Positions 1 to 12,836 of a stretch of 64,000 nt of DNA are shown here, in pieces. The position numbers were made by a program, and so were the translations under genes. The DNA comes from Phaeosaccion multiseriatum (Eukaryota; Protista; Ochrophyta, other classes), in contig OZ218959.1 of the NCBI GenBank assembly GCA_965112735.1, positions 620,001 through 684,000 of the forward strand. Reading direction: 5' to 3'. The notes below the pieces were generated by a model. That model did not search any database. It was not told the DNA's origin and worked only from the letters and a program-made list of their open reading frames with translations. Within the stretch, counting starts at the first letter, position 1; each line of letters starts with the position of its first letter.

Positions 1-778
1 GCAGCAGCAGCAGCGGCAGCCTGGGACAGAAGGAGAAAGATACGAAAGGCAACAACAGCCGATCTACGCCCAGGCAACGCGTGATCCTGCTGCTCAGCAG
101 CAACCCCAGCAGCAGAAGCAGCAGCAGCGGCCGAGGCCACCCCCCCAGTACCAACCGCAGCATCAAGCGGCCCCTCCGCACGCTCTCCACGCCCGTGTGA
201 ATGCGGTGCTGGGGGTGTGCCCCGGCCTGCGCCAGCCTTTCCAAGATATCGTCGACAATTTGGGGCTGCTGGAACACAGTGTAGGTCTGGCTGAGACGAA
301 GATCATGCAGGTAGGAAGGATAAAGAGAGAAAGTACGTTCACGCTCGAGACAGAGATTACAGTCACGCTCTAAACCCCTCCTTCCTCCCTTCCCTTGCTT
401 CGCAGCTGAAAAGTATGCACGACGATGGGCTGCGAAGGTACCTGACCGATCTTGGGCACCGGTACCCCAAGATCGGGGCCACAGTCGCCAATATGCTCCA
501 ACAGCCTGTGGCCTACATGATCAACTTCGCGGTGAGCTACGAGATCCACTTTGCGCTGATCATGGCCAAGACCCAGGCAGAGCGAAGGAGGGGGGGGCAG
601 CAGCAGCAGCAGCATCAGCAGCAGAATCAGGGGGCCGGGGGAGACGGACTGTATCACCCCCGTGCAAGGCCCATGACGCAAATGGGAGCGACGGCAGGGG
701 GCTCGGCCGCAGATGCCATCGCGCTGGATGACGATGACGACGACGCGGGAAGGGCTGGGGGAGGAGGGATGTATGGGT

Positions 779-819
<41 letters not shown>

Positions 820-3330
820 GAGCAACATCGCTTGTTCCAGCTGGAACAGTTGCGGGCCATGCAGCAGCAGACCGGCTTTGACCCTTCGGGAAAGCGCGTT
901 CTACCGGGGGAGGGGAGCATGAGAGGAGGGGTAGACAAGCGCCCTCGGACCATGAATGAGTATGCTACGGGAAGAGGCGGGGACGAGGGCGATGAGCGGG
1001 CTCCGGGGACAGTCATCTTCTCCATTTTTAGCGAGTCGGCGTTCACTGTCAAGGTCCGTAAGCCTGCGCCCGCCTCCATCATGACGTACGTCAAGCTCAC
1101 TCCAGGGGCGATTTTGAAGGACGGGCGGTGGCGTATTCCGCTTAGCAGCTACCGCAATCTCTTGGGCGCGGTGTCTAATGTGAGGGGGGCGAGAGTCATC
1201 AACATCCCGGAGGAGGTGCTCAAGGTGCTTCTCCTGAAGAGCAGCCCTGGGCCAGAAGAGGGGGGAGAGGGAGGGGAGGGGGGGGAGGGGGAAGGTGGAG
1301 AAAATGCAGCAGAAGCAGCAGAAACAGCAGAAGGAACAAGACTAGAGGGCCAAGGGGAGGGACAGGGAGAGGGGGTCAAGGGCAAGGGCAAGAAGGGCTT
1401 GACGGCAGAGGAGCTTGTGCGGCAGCATGTGCCCAAGAAGCTGGCCGACGCCCTGGCGCCCTTTCAGAGGGAAGGCGTGGCCTTTGTCATCCGGCAGAAG
1501 GGTAGAGCACTCATCGCCGATGAAATGGGGCTCGGCAAGACCATCCAGGCCATTGCGTGCGTCGCCGCCTACTGCCCGGGCGACTGGCCCGTGCTGGTCA
1601 TCGCCCCCTCCTCTGCGCGCTACCACTGGGAACACGAGATGCTCACCTTCCTGGAGAGGGACATGCTCAAGCCTGAGGACGTACACGTGGTGTGCACAAG
1701 CAAGGGGGGGCTGCCCAAGAAGGCCAGGGTGCGTGTGTGTGTTTAGTTGCCCGTCGTGAAGTGAGAAGAGAAAGGACGAGGGCGTTCCCTCAAAAGCACA
1801 CAACCCTCCTTGCCTTCCCTGCCTTGCCTTACTTTCCTTCCGCTGCAGGTGGTTGTGACCTCGTACGATCTTGTGAGTCGCTTGAAGGACGACATTATGG
1901 CCTTCGGTTTCCACACTGTCGTGGCAGACGAGAGCCACTACCTCAAGAACATGCGAGCCGCACGCACCAAGGCCGTGCTGCCCATCATGGCAGAAGCCAG
2001 GAGGGTCGTCCTGCTGTCGGGCACACCGGCGCTGTCCCGCCCCATCGAGCTCTATTCGCAGCTTTTTGCGCTCTCCCCCTCTCTCTGGCCCGATCGGGCG
2101 AGCTTCGGCAAGCGCTACTGCGGTGGAAAGAAGGCCAAGTTCGGCACCGAGTATGGGGGCTCTTCCCACATCGCGGGTAGGTAGGCAGGCAGATACCTCA
2201 CGCGCTTGTGTTGTGTGTTTGTGCGTGCGTGTGGGCAAGGCTTTGGGTTTGAGAAGGTGAGGTGGGTGGGCTGCCAGGCCATGGGTCAGCAAGCTCAACT
2301 CGCCCCTCCTGCCCCCCCCGGGTCTGCCCCTTCTTTTGTCTTATGTCTGCACAGAGCTGCACGCCATGCTCAAGGCCACCGTGATGGTTCGGCGGCTGAA
2401 GAAGGACATTCTGCAGAACCTTCCCTCCAAGAAGCGCATGATGATCGAGGTGAGAGGTTTCTACTCCCCACTTGCTCCGCTCGGGCCCGACCCACGCGCT
2501 GACCAGGCTGCGAACCGACCCCTTCTCCCTCTTGTATCCCCCTTGCGCCCCCCTCAGGTGGAGGTGGAAGACGACGAGATGAGGGACAAGCTCCGCGGCG
2601 ACCTCGTTGCCCTGAGCAAGCGAGACGCTCACTTGGGAGAGATCGCGAAGAACCTGCGCAGGGGGGAGGGGGCAGCAGCAGCACGACGCCGGGGAAAAGG
2701 AGGAGTAGCAGCAGCAGGAGGAGGAGGAGGAGGAGCAGCAGCAGCATTAGCAGCAGGGGGAGCAGTAGCAGCAGCAGGAGGAGGAGGAAGAGCAGGGGAT
2801 GGGTGGGCAGGAGCACCCGAGGGGCTTGGAGTAGGCGATGAGATTCATGACAAGACGCCTCAGGAGATTCAGAGGGAGAGGAGATCCCTGCTCATGCAGC
2901 TGTTCGCAGACACGGGCACCAGCAAAATCACCGCGGCCATTTCGCATGTCAACGATATCCTGGACGATGAGCTGGGGGGAAAGGTGCTCGTCTTTGCGCA
3001 CCATCGCAACGTGCTTGACGCCATCGAGGCGAGGAGCCTGAAGCTGCGGGGGGTCAAGTTCGTGCGCATTGACGGACGCACCAAGCCAAAGGACCGGCAG
3101 ACCTTTGTCAACAAGTGAGTTGTTTGTTTGTGAGGAGGGCGTAGAAGCACTTGTCTCAACTAATCCCCTCCCCCTTCTCTGCGTGGTGTCCCCGTAACGC
3201 AGCTTCCAGAGTGACCCCTCTCTGCGTGTGGCCCTGCTGGGCCTGACGGCCGCGGGCATCGGCATTACGCTCACCGCTGCCAGCAAGGTGGTGTTCGTGG
3301 AGCTGTACTGGACCCCTGCCCAGCTCCTGC

Positions 3331-3365
<35 letters not shown>

Positions 3366-4423
3366 CTCGTCCCGTCTCACCCTTGGAAGATTGTTTGTTG
3401 GTCTCTTTCCCTGCCCTCTTTCTTTGCACTCTTACTCTGCCCTCACAGGCCGAAGACCGGTGCCACCGCATTGGTCAAGTGGACACAGTGCAGGTGTGGA
3501 AACCTCCTTTCCTGTCCTACTTGTGGAGGGAGGGGATGCCAACTCATCAACCTCATCTCATCTCACTCCCCCCCCCCTGTCTGTGTACGTACTTGCAGGT
3601 GCAGTATCTAGTGGCGAAGGAGTCGTTGGACGACTGTCTTTGGCCCCTCATCTGCAAGAAGATCAAGCTGCTGGGAGAGCTGGTGGAGGGACAGGAAGAT
3701 GGTGGGGGCATGAACTGTGAAGAGCTCACGGCAGACGAACTCAAGACCAGAGAGAGGACCGACAGAGAGGTGAGCAGCAGCGGCTGGTTCATTGCACCTG
3801 TCCTCTCTCTCTCCTGTCTCCAAATCCTCTCTCCAAGTCTTATGCCTCCCTCCTCTGCACGCAACGGCGCCCCTGCAATGCGTGCCCCTGTAGTCGAGAG
3901 AGGAGAAGGCACGGCTCGCAGATGCATCGGAGGTGGAGGAGGAACGGGAGCGCAAGTCAGCAGCAGAGCTCTTTGCGCAACTGCAAGAGAGCGTGGCCGA
4001 AAACTGTGCCCAGCTGGCTCTGGAGGACATGAGGGCGGAGACAGGTGGGTTCCTTCACATTTGGGCTTTGGGGTACGGCGTTAGGGGGGTGGCGGGCACT
4101 GCCTCATACGCCTTTTGCTGACGGGGTGAATGGTATTGGTATTGGCCTCCACAGGCGCTGGGAACGACGTGGACGCGGACGCCATCCACACGGGCTTTAG
4201 CGACAGCGAAGGGGACTCCGACAGCGACGTGGAGGAGGTGGACGGGGCCGTGCACGATGTGCTGGACAGCGACGATGAGCTGCAGCAGGAGGGAGGGGGA
4301 GGGGGGGGAGGGTGTGCACAGGGCGGGCACATGCCCCAACCTGGCATGCAGCTGCTACTGCAGCAGCAGCAGCAGCAGCGGGTGTACCCACCACAGCCGC
4401 AGGTGTATCAGCAGCAGCAGCAA

Positions 4424-4455
<32 letters not shown>

Positions 4456-4744
4456 GCAGCAGGTGTACCTGCCGCAACAACGGGCCCTCGAGCAGCAGCC
4501 ACAGCCGCCTTTCGTCCCTCCTGGACAGCCAGCTGCGGCTGCAGTAACACCTCACACGGCAGCTCCACCCGATGCTGGCGGCGGTGGCGGCGGCACGGAG
4601 GTGTTTGAGGTGGTGGATAGCTCGGACGAAGAAGGGCCTGTGGGGCTGGATGTTGCTCCCATAGCGGCAGCGGCCCCAATCGGGCCCCAAGTAGGTGTAG
4701 GTGTAACCGCGCCTGAGTCGCCAGAAGACTTTGGCAATACGTGA
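1..4744 (+). CDS. SMARCAL1: SNF2-family annealing helicase, SMARCAL1/HARP-like; multi-exon, 5' end lies upstream of the window
   Basis: Spliced exons give a HARP-like segment (FSIFSESAFTV...RWRIPLSSY), LAPFQREGV, ALIADEMGLGKTIQA (motif I), VVADESHYLKN (DESH, motif II), LLSGTPALSRPIELY, MVRRLKKDIL, KVLVFAHHRNVLD, GIGITLTAAS..VFVELYWTP and QAEDRCHRIGQ (motif VI). GT..AG introns, e.g. 1729-1848. Stop at 4742-4744. Confidence 0.9.
3333..3364. repeat. (GT)n microsatellite at an intron 5' end
   Basis: About 16 GT units starting at the donor after LLQ in the SMARCAL1-like gene. Confidence 0.95.
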
Positions 4745-5012
4745 GTGAGTTCTGGCGTGAGGACAGGCGCAGGAGCGTTCTGTCTGGTTGCGTTGCACGG
4801 AAAGAAGGGTCTCCTATGTAATTGTGTGTATATATATATTCCCGTGTACCAAGGAGAGTGGAAGGTCAGGCAGGCCCTTGCGCGAGAGGGAGAACCATGC
4901 GTGGCGCCCCTCGCTCAGCACGCAGCCCTATTAAATTAATTTATCCGCTTCCCCCCTCTCTTCCAAGTCTATACTACAAATCTTACTCAATCAGCCTCTA
5001 CGTGGGGATGCT

Positions 5013-5904
5013 TCAGTCCTCAATCTCCACAATCAGCTCAATCTCTACAGGAATGCCCAGAGGTAGGCTTGGGGCACTCACGGCGGATCGAGCGTGCACA
5101 CCTGAGGAGCACATGTTTGGGGAGAGTCAGAAAACACGAAGCGAATACGACCATCTAATATAGTAGGGGACAACAGGGGATAAGCAAAGCCTCAGTCTCA
5201 CCTCTCTCGCCGAACACCTCTCCTAGGAGGTCTGACGCCCCATTAATGACGCTGGGCTGTGCGGTGAAGTCCGGCGTGGAGTTGACAAAGCCCACCAACT
5301 TGGTAATACGCCGCACCTTGTCCAGGTCGCCAATCTCCTCTGCGCACGTCATTGCAGAGGGTGGTGGAGCAAGAACAGACGCAAAAGGAGGTGGGACGCA
5401 ATGCAGGGTGCTTGAGCTTCGCTGGCTTGGTGCCCTCGAGACAAAAGCTTCCTACTGAATTGCCCGCAACTACTCACGCTTGATGGTGGAAATGAGGTTG
5501 ATGGCGCAGACTCTGGCAGCATCATTGGCCTGCTCGGGCGTAAAGTCCATTCCCACCTTCCCCTTGAGCAGCGTCCCGTCAGCCAGTTGAGGCAGGTGGC
5601 CGGCGGTGAACAACATGTTTCCCGCGCGGGAGCAGAGCACGTAGTTGCCTGCGCATGAGAGGGATCGTCAAGGCTTGCACGTTAGGATCGACGCGATGCT
5701 CTGCACGAGCACCAAACGGTCGCTAACTATCCCTATGGCGAGCACGGCGACCAGCACTGAAGCGTATCGTTCACCTTTGGGGGGCACGAGGCTGGGCAAG
5801 GTGATGCCCATCTCCGCGAGCTTGGCTTCCGTCTTCACTCCTCGGCGCGTCACCGCGACCACCGCCGACCGACCCAGGGTCCTGGACAACGTCCTTCCAA
5901 GCAT
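5013..5904 (-). CDS. RidA/YjgF/YER057c/UK114 family protein with a probable mitochondrial presequence; 4 exons
   Basis: MLGRTLSRTLGRSAVVAVTRRG presequence, then LAEMGITLP..PPKG|NYV...LFTAGHLP...GKVG, DLDKVRRITKLVGFVNSTPDFTAQPSVINGASDLLGEVFGE and HARSAV...LPLGIPVEIELIVEI. Stop at 5013-5015. Confidence 0.92.
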
Positions 5905-6067
5905 GATGCTTCGCTTCTTTTGTAGCTGCTGTGGCTCTGCTTCTTTCACACAAATCCTCTTTGTTCGTCGGCGTCAACAAGCCACTTGTGAGTGAAGTAC
6001 TTAGAGAACCAACACGTCCTCCACATTTTTTTTTTTCGGCTGGATAATAACACCCCTTCGACCCGCT

Positions 6068-8189
6068 ATGCCCACGTCTTCCCAGCGGGGACAGCAGCAA
6101 AAGCAGGCGGAAAGGCCCGAAGGCGGCAGCAGTTTCATCGGCAGCAGCACAAGTGCGCGCAGGAGGCTTGCTTTTTTCCTCGCCGCTGCATTGGTTGTGG
6201 GGCGAGCGCACGCTTTTCACGTGTCAGCAAAGGCCCCAGCGGCAGCAGCAGGAAGCGGGGGGAAGCAGCTAAGGGCCGTAGTGGAAGGAGGTGGGGAGAG
6301 TGCTGGGGTTCTACCAACGTCGCTGAGGGAAGAGAATCCTGCAGAATCCAGCATGAGTGCTATCCCACCAGGCTCAGGATCTTCATCTGAAGTCGTCGAA
6401 CATGCCTTGGCGTGGAGCTGTGCGAACGGACTAAGCATGGTGGTTGACGAAGGTGGCAGTAGTGCCGATGGGGAGAAGCAATTTACCACTACCCACGTTC
6501 CATTCAGCCTATTTCCCAATGGTGAGTATCCATAGGGACGAACCCCCCCCCCAACCTTGCCGTCTTTGTCCCTAATTACGCTGCAACCAAAGACTATTGC
6601 AGTGTACTCATGCACGGCTGTTTCTACTGCTACTGCTGCTACTGCTGCTGCTGCTGCTGCTCTGTGTACTCTCCCCTGGCAGCCCTCCCGAGACACGCCT
6701 TTGAAGAAGCCGTGGCGCTCGCCCCTCTGTTTGGCCGGCTCGTGGAAGGCATCGCGAACGACGGGGCCTGGCTTGGGCAGGTCCTTGGCGAAGTGATTGC
6801 GGGAGACGACTTTACCGCGAGGCTTGTGAAGATCTTCGATCAAATTACAGGTAATGGGAAGGGGGTTGGTGGGCACCCTGCTCTTTTGCTCTACGTGTAC
6901 TTTTGTACAGCAGGATGATCTAAACTCAGCCCTCCCACGTACGTCTTTGCCCGGATAATGCAGCGGAGGGAGGTCCCGTGCAGCCGCTGAATCTGGGCAT
7001 TCACCGCAGCGACTACATGCTGCACGACCCGCCCGCAGGCGAGGAGCGACCTCGCCTGCTGCAGGTGGAGATGAACACCATCGCATCCTCCTTTGGCTGC
7101 GTCAGTAGCGTCACCTCGTCTATGCACCGCCATCTCATTAGCCGCTACGGGGACAGAGAAGAGGGGAAATTTGTGCGGCAGGCCTTGGAGGAAGGCGGGG
7201 TGACGAGGAAGTGGTCGTCCGCTGCAGAGGCCGCGGACTGCATACCCTCCAACCCCTCCCTGACCGCTCTTCCTGACGCTATTGCTCACGCACATTCGGT
7301 CTACTGTGAGCAGCAGAAGAAGAACGATGGACCACCAGCTGTAGTAGTCTTTGTGGTCCAGCCGGGGGAGAGCAATGCAGTGGATCAGCGCTTCTTGGAG
7401 TTTGGGCTGTGGGACAAGCATGAGGTTCCAGTCAAGCGTCTGACTCTCGCAGAGATTCAGGAGAAGGGCCGGCTGAACGAGTCTGCCGAGCTTGTCATCG
7501 ACGGGCAAGAGGTGTCTGTCGTGTACTTTCGGGCGGGCTACACCCCACGAGACTTCCCCGGAGAGGAGGAGTGGGCAGCCCGGCTGTTGGTGGAGCGCAG
7601 CAGAGCCATCAAGTGTCCGTCCATTGCCTACCACCTTGCAGGCACCAAGAAGGTGCAGCAGGTGCTGGCGCAAGCAGGCGAAGTGGAGCGCTTCCTTCCG
7701 GACGGGGACGATGCCGAGCGGGTGCGTGCGTGCTTTGCAGGACTGTACAGCGTCGGGTATGCCGACGACGAGCGGGCCGCAGCGGCCGTCGCAGAGGCGC
7801 AAGAGCACCCGGAGGGCTTTGTGCTCAAGCCGCAGAGGGAGGGGGGCGGAAACAACCTGTACGGGGCGGAGCTGGTGGACAAGCTCCGCACGGCCAGTCA
7901 GCAGGAGCTGAGATCCTTCATCCTCATGCAGCGCATCCTGCCCAAGGAGAGGACCTCCACGCTCGTCAAGAGGGGGCAGACCGTTAGGGGCCCTGCGCTC
8001 AGTGAGTGGGGATTCTACAGCACCTATCTGGGGGGCGCGTCCCTCGCAGAGCCGCTGAGGAACGAGTACGCGGGCTTCCTCGTGCGCACCAAGCTTGAGG
8101 GCGTGGACGAGGGGGGCGTGGCGTCGGGCTTTGCGGTACTGAGCTCCCCAATGCTCACAGACGACGAGGCTGATGACACTGGCAAATAA
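6068..8189 (+). CDS. GSS: Eukaryotic glutathione synthetase with an N-terminal targeting extension; 3 exons
   Basis: THVPFSLFP, LGIHRSDYMLH, LLQVEMNTIASSF, VVYFRAGYTP, KCPSIAYHLAGTKKVQQVL, FVLKPQREGGGNNLYG, FILMQRI and LVRTK...EGGVASGF are diagnostic motifs. Confidence 0.96.
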
Positions 8190-8261
8190 CTACTACTTCT
8201 TGTATCACCCAAACACTTGCCCTGCCGTTATATATATATATACGATACATACGTGTATGAC

Positions 8262-9273
8262 CTACTTACGGATGAACACCTTCTCCTTGGCGAATATTGC
8301 TTTAGCGTCCTCAATCTCTTGGAGCTTTGCCTCCAGCTCCTCCTTCTTCCTCTTTAGCATGGGCGTCTCAACAATCAAGGGCAGTCGGGACAGTTGCCTG
8401 TGGGCCTCCTTTTGACTCTCCAAGAGAAGCAGAAGCGTGGACTGCCTCTCCTCCTCTGGCATTCTCTTGTGCCCTGGCGGGCAGTCCTTGTCGGGGAGAC
8501 TGGCTATTCTCCTCTCCTCCTCCTCCGCCCAGCTCTGCTTCCTTGTCTCAAGGTACTTGGGCACCTTTCCATAATCGCGGGCGTCCTTAAAGTCCTCCTC
8601 GGTCTCCACTGCCTGCCGAGGCACGCTGGAAACCGCCTCCCTCCTATTCTCAGTTATGAAATCCTTGTGCGAGCGCGGAGCTAGAGCTGCCGTGTCCGTG
8701 ACCTTTGGCACAGGAGGCCTACTGCGGTGTGTGGAGTGGTGGGGAATGCTGGCCTTCACCGCCGCTATTCTCTTCGCTTGCAGCTTTTCCCCGCTCCCCC
8801 GCCGCAAGTAGTTCCCCTGGCCCTGATTGCTCTTCTCTGGCGTGCAGATGGAGGACGACGGTGCAGGGCTCATCAACCGACTCTTGACCTGCACAAAGAT
8901 GGTGGGGGGGCGTGTCAGAGAGACCATTCGACTGATACTATACTATTGAACACACTTGGCGAAAGGCTGCTCACATGCTTGAATTTCTCCATCACAAACG
9001 GCTCAGGCCTCGCGGCTTCTTCCTCTTGCCTCCTCTGCATGTTCTCTCGCTCAAGCTGCCTGATCCTGCAGAGGGGGGGGGCGAAGAGGGCGATGAAAGG
9101 CAGGTGCAAATATACAGCCCAACGTTTTTTTTACTTGCTCACTTGTCTCTGTTTGCTCGCGCAAAGTCTGCCTTTGCCTTCGGTCTTCTCCCGTCTGTCG
9201 CCTCCGTCCCGCCGCCTAGAAGCGACGCCATGGCGGTGGCTTGGTTGTGGTTAACATAGCGAGGAGGGCTCAT
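8262..9273 (-). CDS. Enkurin-domain protein (ENKD1/enkurin-like; ciliary/centrosomal); start codon uncertain (9230, 9273 or 9330)
   Basis: KDFITENR, DYGKVPKYL..RK, PPGHKRMPEEERQSTL, LSRLPL...KRKKEELEAKLQEIEDAKAIFAKEKVFI match the enkurin C-terminal domain. Two introns, about 8890-8967 and 9066-9141. Confidence 0.85.
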
Positions 9274-9414
9274 TTTTCTCCGGGCTACAACTGCTGATTC
9301 TACACCCATGTGAGGCCGTTGGTTCTTCATCGGTCCGCGCCTTCAGGGCGTTTGGCTGCTTAGCAGCAAAGCTGGTCGCCTCACTCCCGGGCTACGCCTC
9401 AGCCGGAGGCGAGC

Positions 9415-12400
9415 ATGGCAAGCTCCGGCTTGGGGACTCCGGCATCCTATGGGAAGCAACGGGGAGCTTTGAATGGGAGCCTCGGGAGAGTTCGGAGACG
9501 GAGGCCCGACAGCTATGCCTCGCACGAAAGGAGACGGAGCTTCGGGTCCACGTCATCCACATCGACTTCTGCGCAGCAGCAGGGCCTCGACGGAGCACCA
9601 AAGAGTGAGTAGAGGGGCTTACATCCAGATGGCTTCTATGTCCGAATAGGGGGAAGGCTGAATCATTTCCACGCGCCTCTCTACACCTCAGTTTTGACAG
9701 TGAGCGAGTCCGAGGACCAGGCGAAAAAGCTGGAGACGCAGAATTTTGAACTGAAGATGCAAGTGTACTACCTCAAGGAGTCACTGCAGAGCTACAAGGT
9801 CCGTGGGCCCGTGCTTCCTGGTTTACTTAGTAACGCAAGGGACCTGACTCAAGTACACAAAATGTTGATCAGGGTGGCGAGGAGGCGGCGCGTCAGGCGG
9901 GGACGCTTGTGGATCTGAAAAACGCTCTGGAGGCGAAGGAGCTGGAGGTGGTTGAGCTGCACCAGGAGCTGAGGGCTCTCATAGAGTACGGAGAGAGGTG
10001 AGCGCAGCCGGGGTGGGCTCCACAGAGTCTCGGATACATGATTTGATTTGTTTGTCCTCTCTCTCCTTGACTGACGCGGGCAGAGATCAAGCTGAGTTGC
10101 ACCGCATCCGAGAGGAGGCGGCCCGACTGAGGACAGAGAGAGACGAGATTGCAGCAGCATTGGAGGGTGAGTCCCTGGTCCCGCTCAGATGTTAAGGTTC
10201 ACTTTCCGCTGATTTCAAGTATATTCGTCTGCTTTTTCTGCTCCAGCCAAGTGGCAGGCGGAGGTTGTGCGAGGAGCGGAGAGGCTACGAGAGGAGAAGC
10301 GGGCAGGGGCTGAGAGGGAGCGCAAGCTTTTCCAGCAGATTGACGTCCTTCAGGGAGACTTGAATGATGCGAATGGCACGCTCGCCAATCAGGCCAATCT
10401 GGTGGAGCGGTACCAAATCCTGCACCAGGTGAGCTTCCCGGTGTGGATGTGTGCCAATCTAGACTCGTCAACCCGTAACGAGTCTTGCCACGTGCAAATT
10501 GAAAACGCAGGACAAGATGAGTCATGAGGGGGCTTTGCGCCAGTTGGGGGAGGTGGTGGCCGGGCTAAGAGGGGACCTTGGCGCGGCGGGGGAAGAGCTG
10601 TGCGGAAAGGACTTTGAGCTGCAGCGGCTCCGGGCGGAGTGCGAAGCTGTGGCCAGGCTGGAGCAGGCTCTTCGAGAGAAGGACCTACAGCTGCACGCCC
10701 TGCAGGGAGAGGGCTTCGTGCTCTCTGAGCAACTCGGCTCGCAGGCCGCGGAGATTGAAAGTGCGTGAGTCAGGGCTTGTTCCCGGGCGGTGGTGCTATT
10801 CTTTCTTTGCGCTCCGTCTCCCAAGCAGTGTTCGTGGTATTTGCTCTCCTTCTCTCAGCCAGCTCCACCCCACGCCGCTCCCCTCCCGTCTTCGCGTTAC
10901 CAGCATGCCGTAAGCAAGTGCATACGGTGAAGAGCGAGGCGGAAACGGTCAGTACCATCCATACCACCCCCGTTACTTTTAAAGGGCTCTGGAGTCACCT
11001 TGCCGCGATGCATACCCATCGACACGACAGGTAACGGCCATGGAGGCGGAGGAGATTGCGCGTCTGTACGGCCTTGTTCACGACTTGCGCAGTGAGCTTG
11101 AAGCCTCCAAAGAGAAGGAGAGAGCTGCGCAGGCTGTCGCGGAGGAGGTGCGTCTCTTGTGTCGTGGCGGGCGAGAGGGGGTGGTCGACAGACGGCCTCA
11201 CCAGTTAAGGCCTCCTTTTCCGCACCCCACCCCAGGCCGCTGCAGTAGTGGGTGCCACACGGACCGAGCAAGCAAGAGCGAAGGAAGAGGCCCTCGCAGG
11301 TCGGGCCAAGGAAGGTGGAGGTTTTCCCTCAGATGCGTTCCGTGTCATTCAACCGCGCCCCCCCCCCCTTCTCCCTCGTGTCTATCAGAGCAACGCAAGG
11401 TGGAGGCGAGGGAGCGAGAGTACCGGGAAGAGATTGAGGCGGCTCGCACTCGAGCAGGCAGGCTGGAGGAGCAGCTGCACGTAGGCAGGGACCAACTCGA
11501 CAAGGTGTGAGGTGTCCTTGATTCTCCCCTCCCCCAAATGCAAATGCTTTTCCAGCACACTTACGCAGGCCCGGTGCTCCCTCGCTTGACAGGCTCGGAA
11601 GGACAGGGAGGAGGGGCGAAGCATGCAGACCCTGCCCGCCACCAACGTACACAATCATCTGCAGCAGCAGCAGGAGCAGCAGCAGCACGAACAGCGGCTA
11701 CAGGCCGTTCAAGGGGGCGCCTCCCGCGCCAGTGAGCGCTTCTCTCTTACCCTGTCGGAAGAAGGGAAGCCGAGGTTTCAAGACCAGGCCTATGAAGGGC
11801 ATGATTCTGCTGCGACCCCATTGGGGATACTGAGAGCTACACTCCAGGGCAGCAGGGCGGCTGCTGCTTCTGCTGCTGCTGCTGCTGGGAGCTCTGGCCG
11901 GAGAGGTGAAGGAGAGCAACCGCGTGTTGGGGCGTTGCCTGGCGCCAGACGGCAGGCGTACGACGCTGAGCCCTTGCAGCGCACTGCTCCAGCACCAGCA
12001 CTAGCACCAGCACCAGCACCAGCACTAGCAGCAACAGCAGCAACAGCAGGTCCTTTTAGTCCGGGCCGCTCGCGGGGCAACACCCTCAAGAGCTTTGTTC
12101 TTCGGGAGCTGGGACGAACGACTCCGCAGGAGGAGGGCAGCAGTGCTGCTGCCTTTTGGCGGGATTGGGATGCACAGGCTGTAGGGGAGAGGCAGCAGGG
12201 AGCGCAGCCCCAGCGCAGACCGAGCTCCTCCTCCGGCGGGGGGCGGGGGCGGGGTGAAGCGACCTTCCCTCCCCCCCTTCGTCGAGGCGCTTCGGACTTT
12301 CAGACGGGAGGCGGGGATGGTGGTGGGGTGATGCGAGCGTCAAGCGGGGTGCAAAGTAGTCACGCGGGCATGGTCCTTTCGCCCCCATTCTCGTCGCCCG

Positions 12401-12744
12401 GCTCCCCGGCAAGTGGGCAGCAGCAGGGTCCGGAAAGTAGTCATGGTGCGAGCTCCCCCCACCTCCTCCGCCTCCAGCAGCAGCAAAAGCTTTCGCAAAC
12501 GCACTCTCGGAGGCGCCACTCCACCGCGGGGGCCATGGCCGGATCAGACCCCGACAGAGACCAGCGAGACGTCGAGAACGCTGCCCGTTTCTTCCGGAGA
12601 GGGAGCGGAAACATCAGCAGCGGCAGCCCGCAGTCGGACTCGGACGAAACGTCCGGCGCCGTGAAGCTTGATGATTACTATCAGCTCTTCTTGTCGCGCG
12701 CTGGAAGCTCCAACAGTCAAGGGGCGTTTCCAAACTACCGGTAG
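9415..12744 (+). CDS. Coiled-coil protein with an N-terminal centrosomin motif 1 (CM1, gamma-TuRC-binding); many short exons
   Basis: Splicing 9604^9701 gives MSESEDQAKKLETQNFELKMQVYYLKESL, matching the CM1 pattern LKKENFxLKLRIYFLEE. Heptad-rich exons and a disordered Ser/Gly tail follow. Confidence 0.72.
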
Positions 12745-12836
12745 ATTCAGTATATAGTATAGGGGGGGGATTATACAAGGTTCCCTTTCGTTTCCTTCAC
12801 TCGTAGCTAGCCCTGCGTCCAAGCTTCCTTCGTGCA

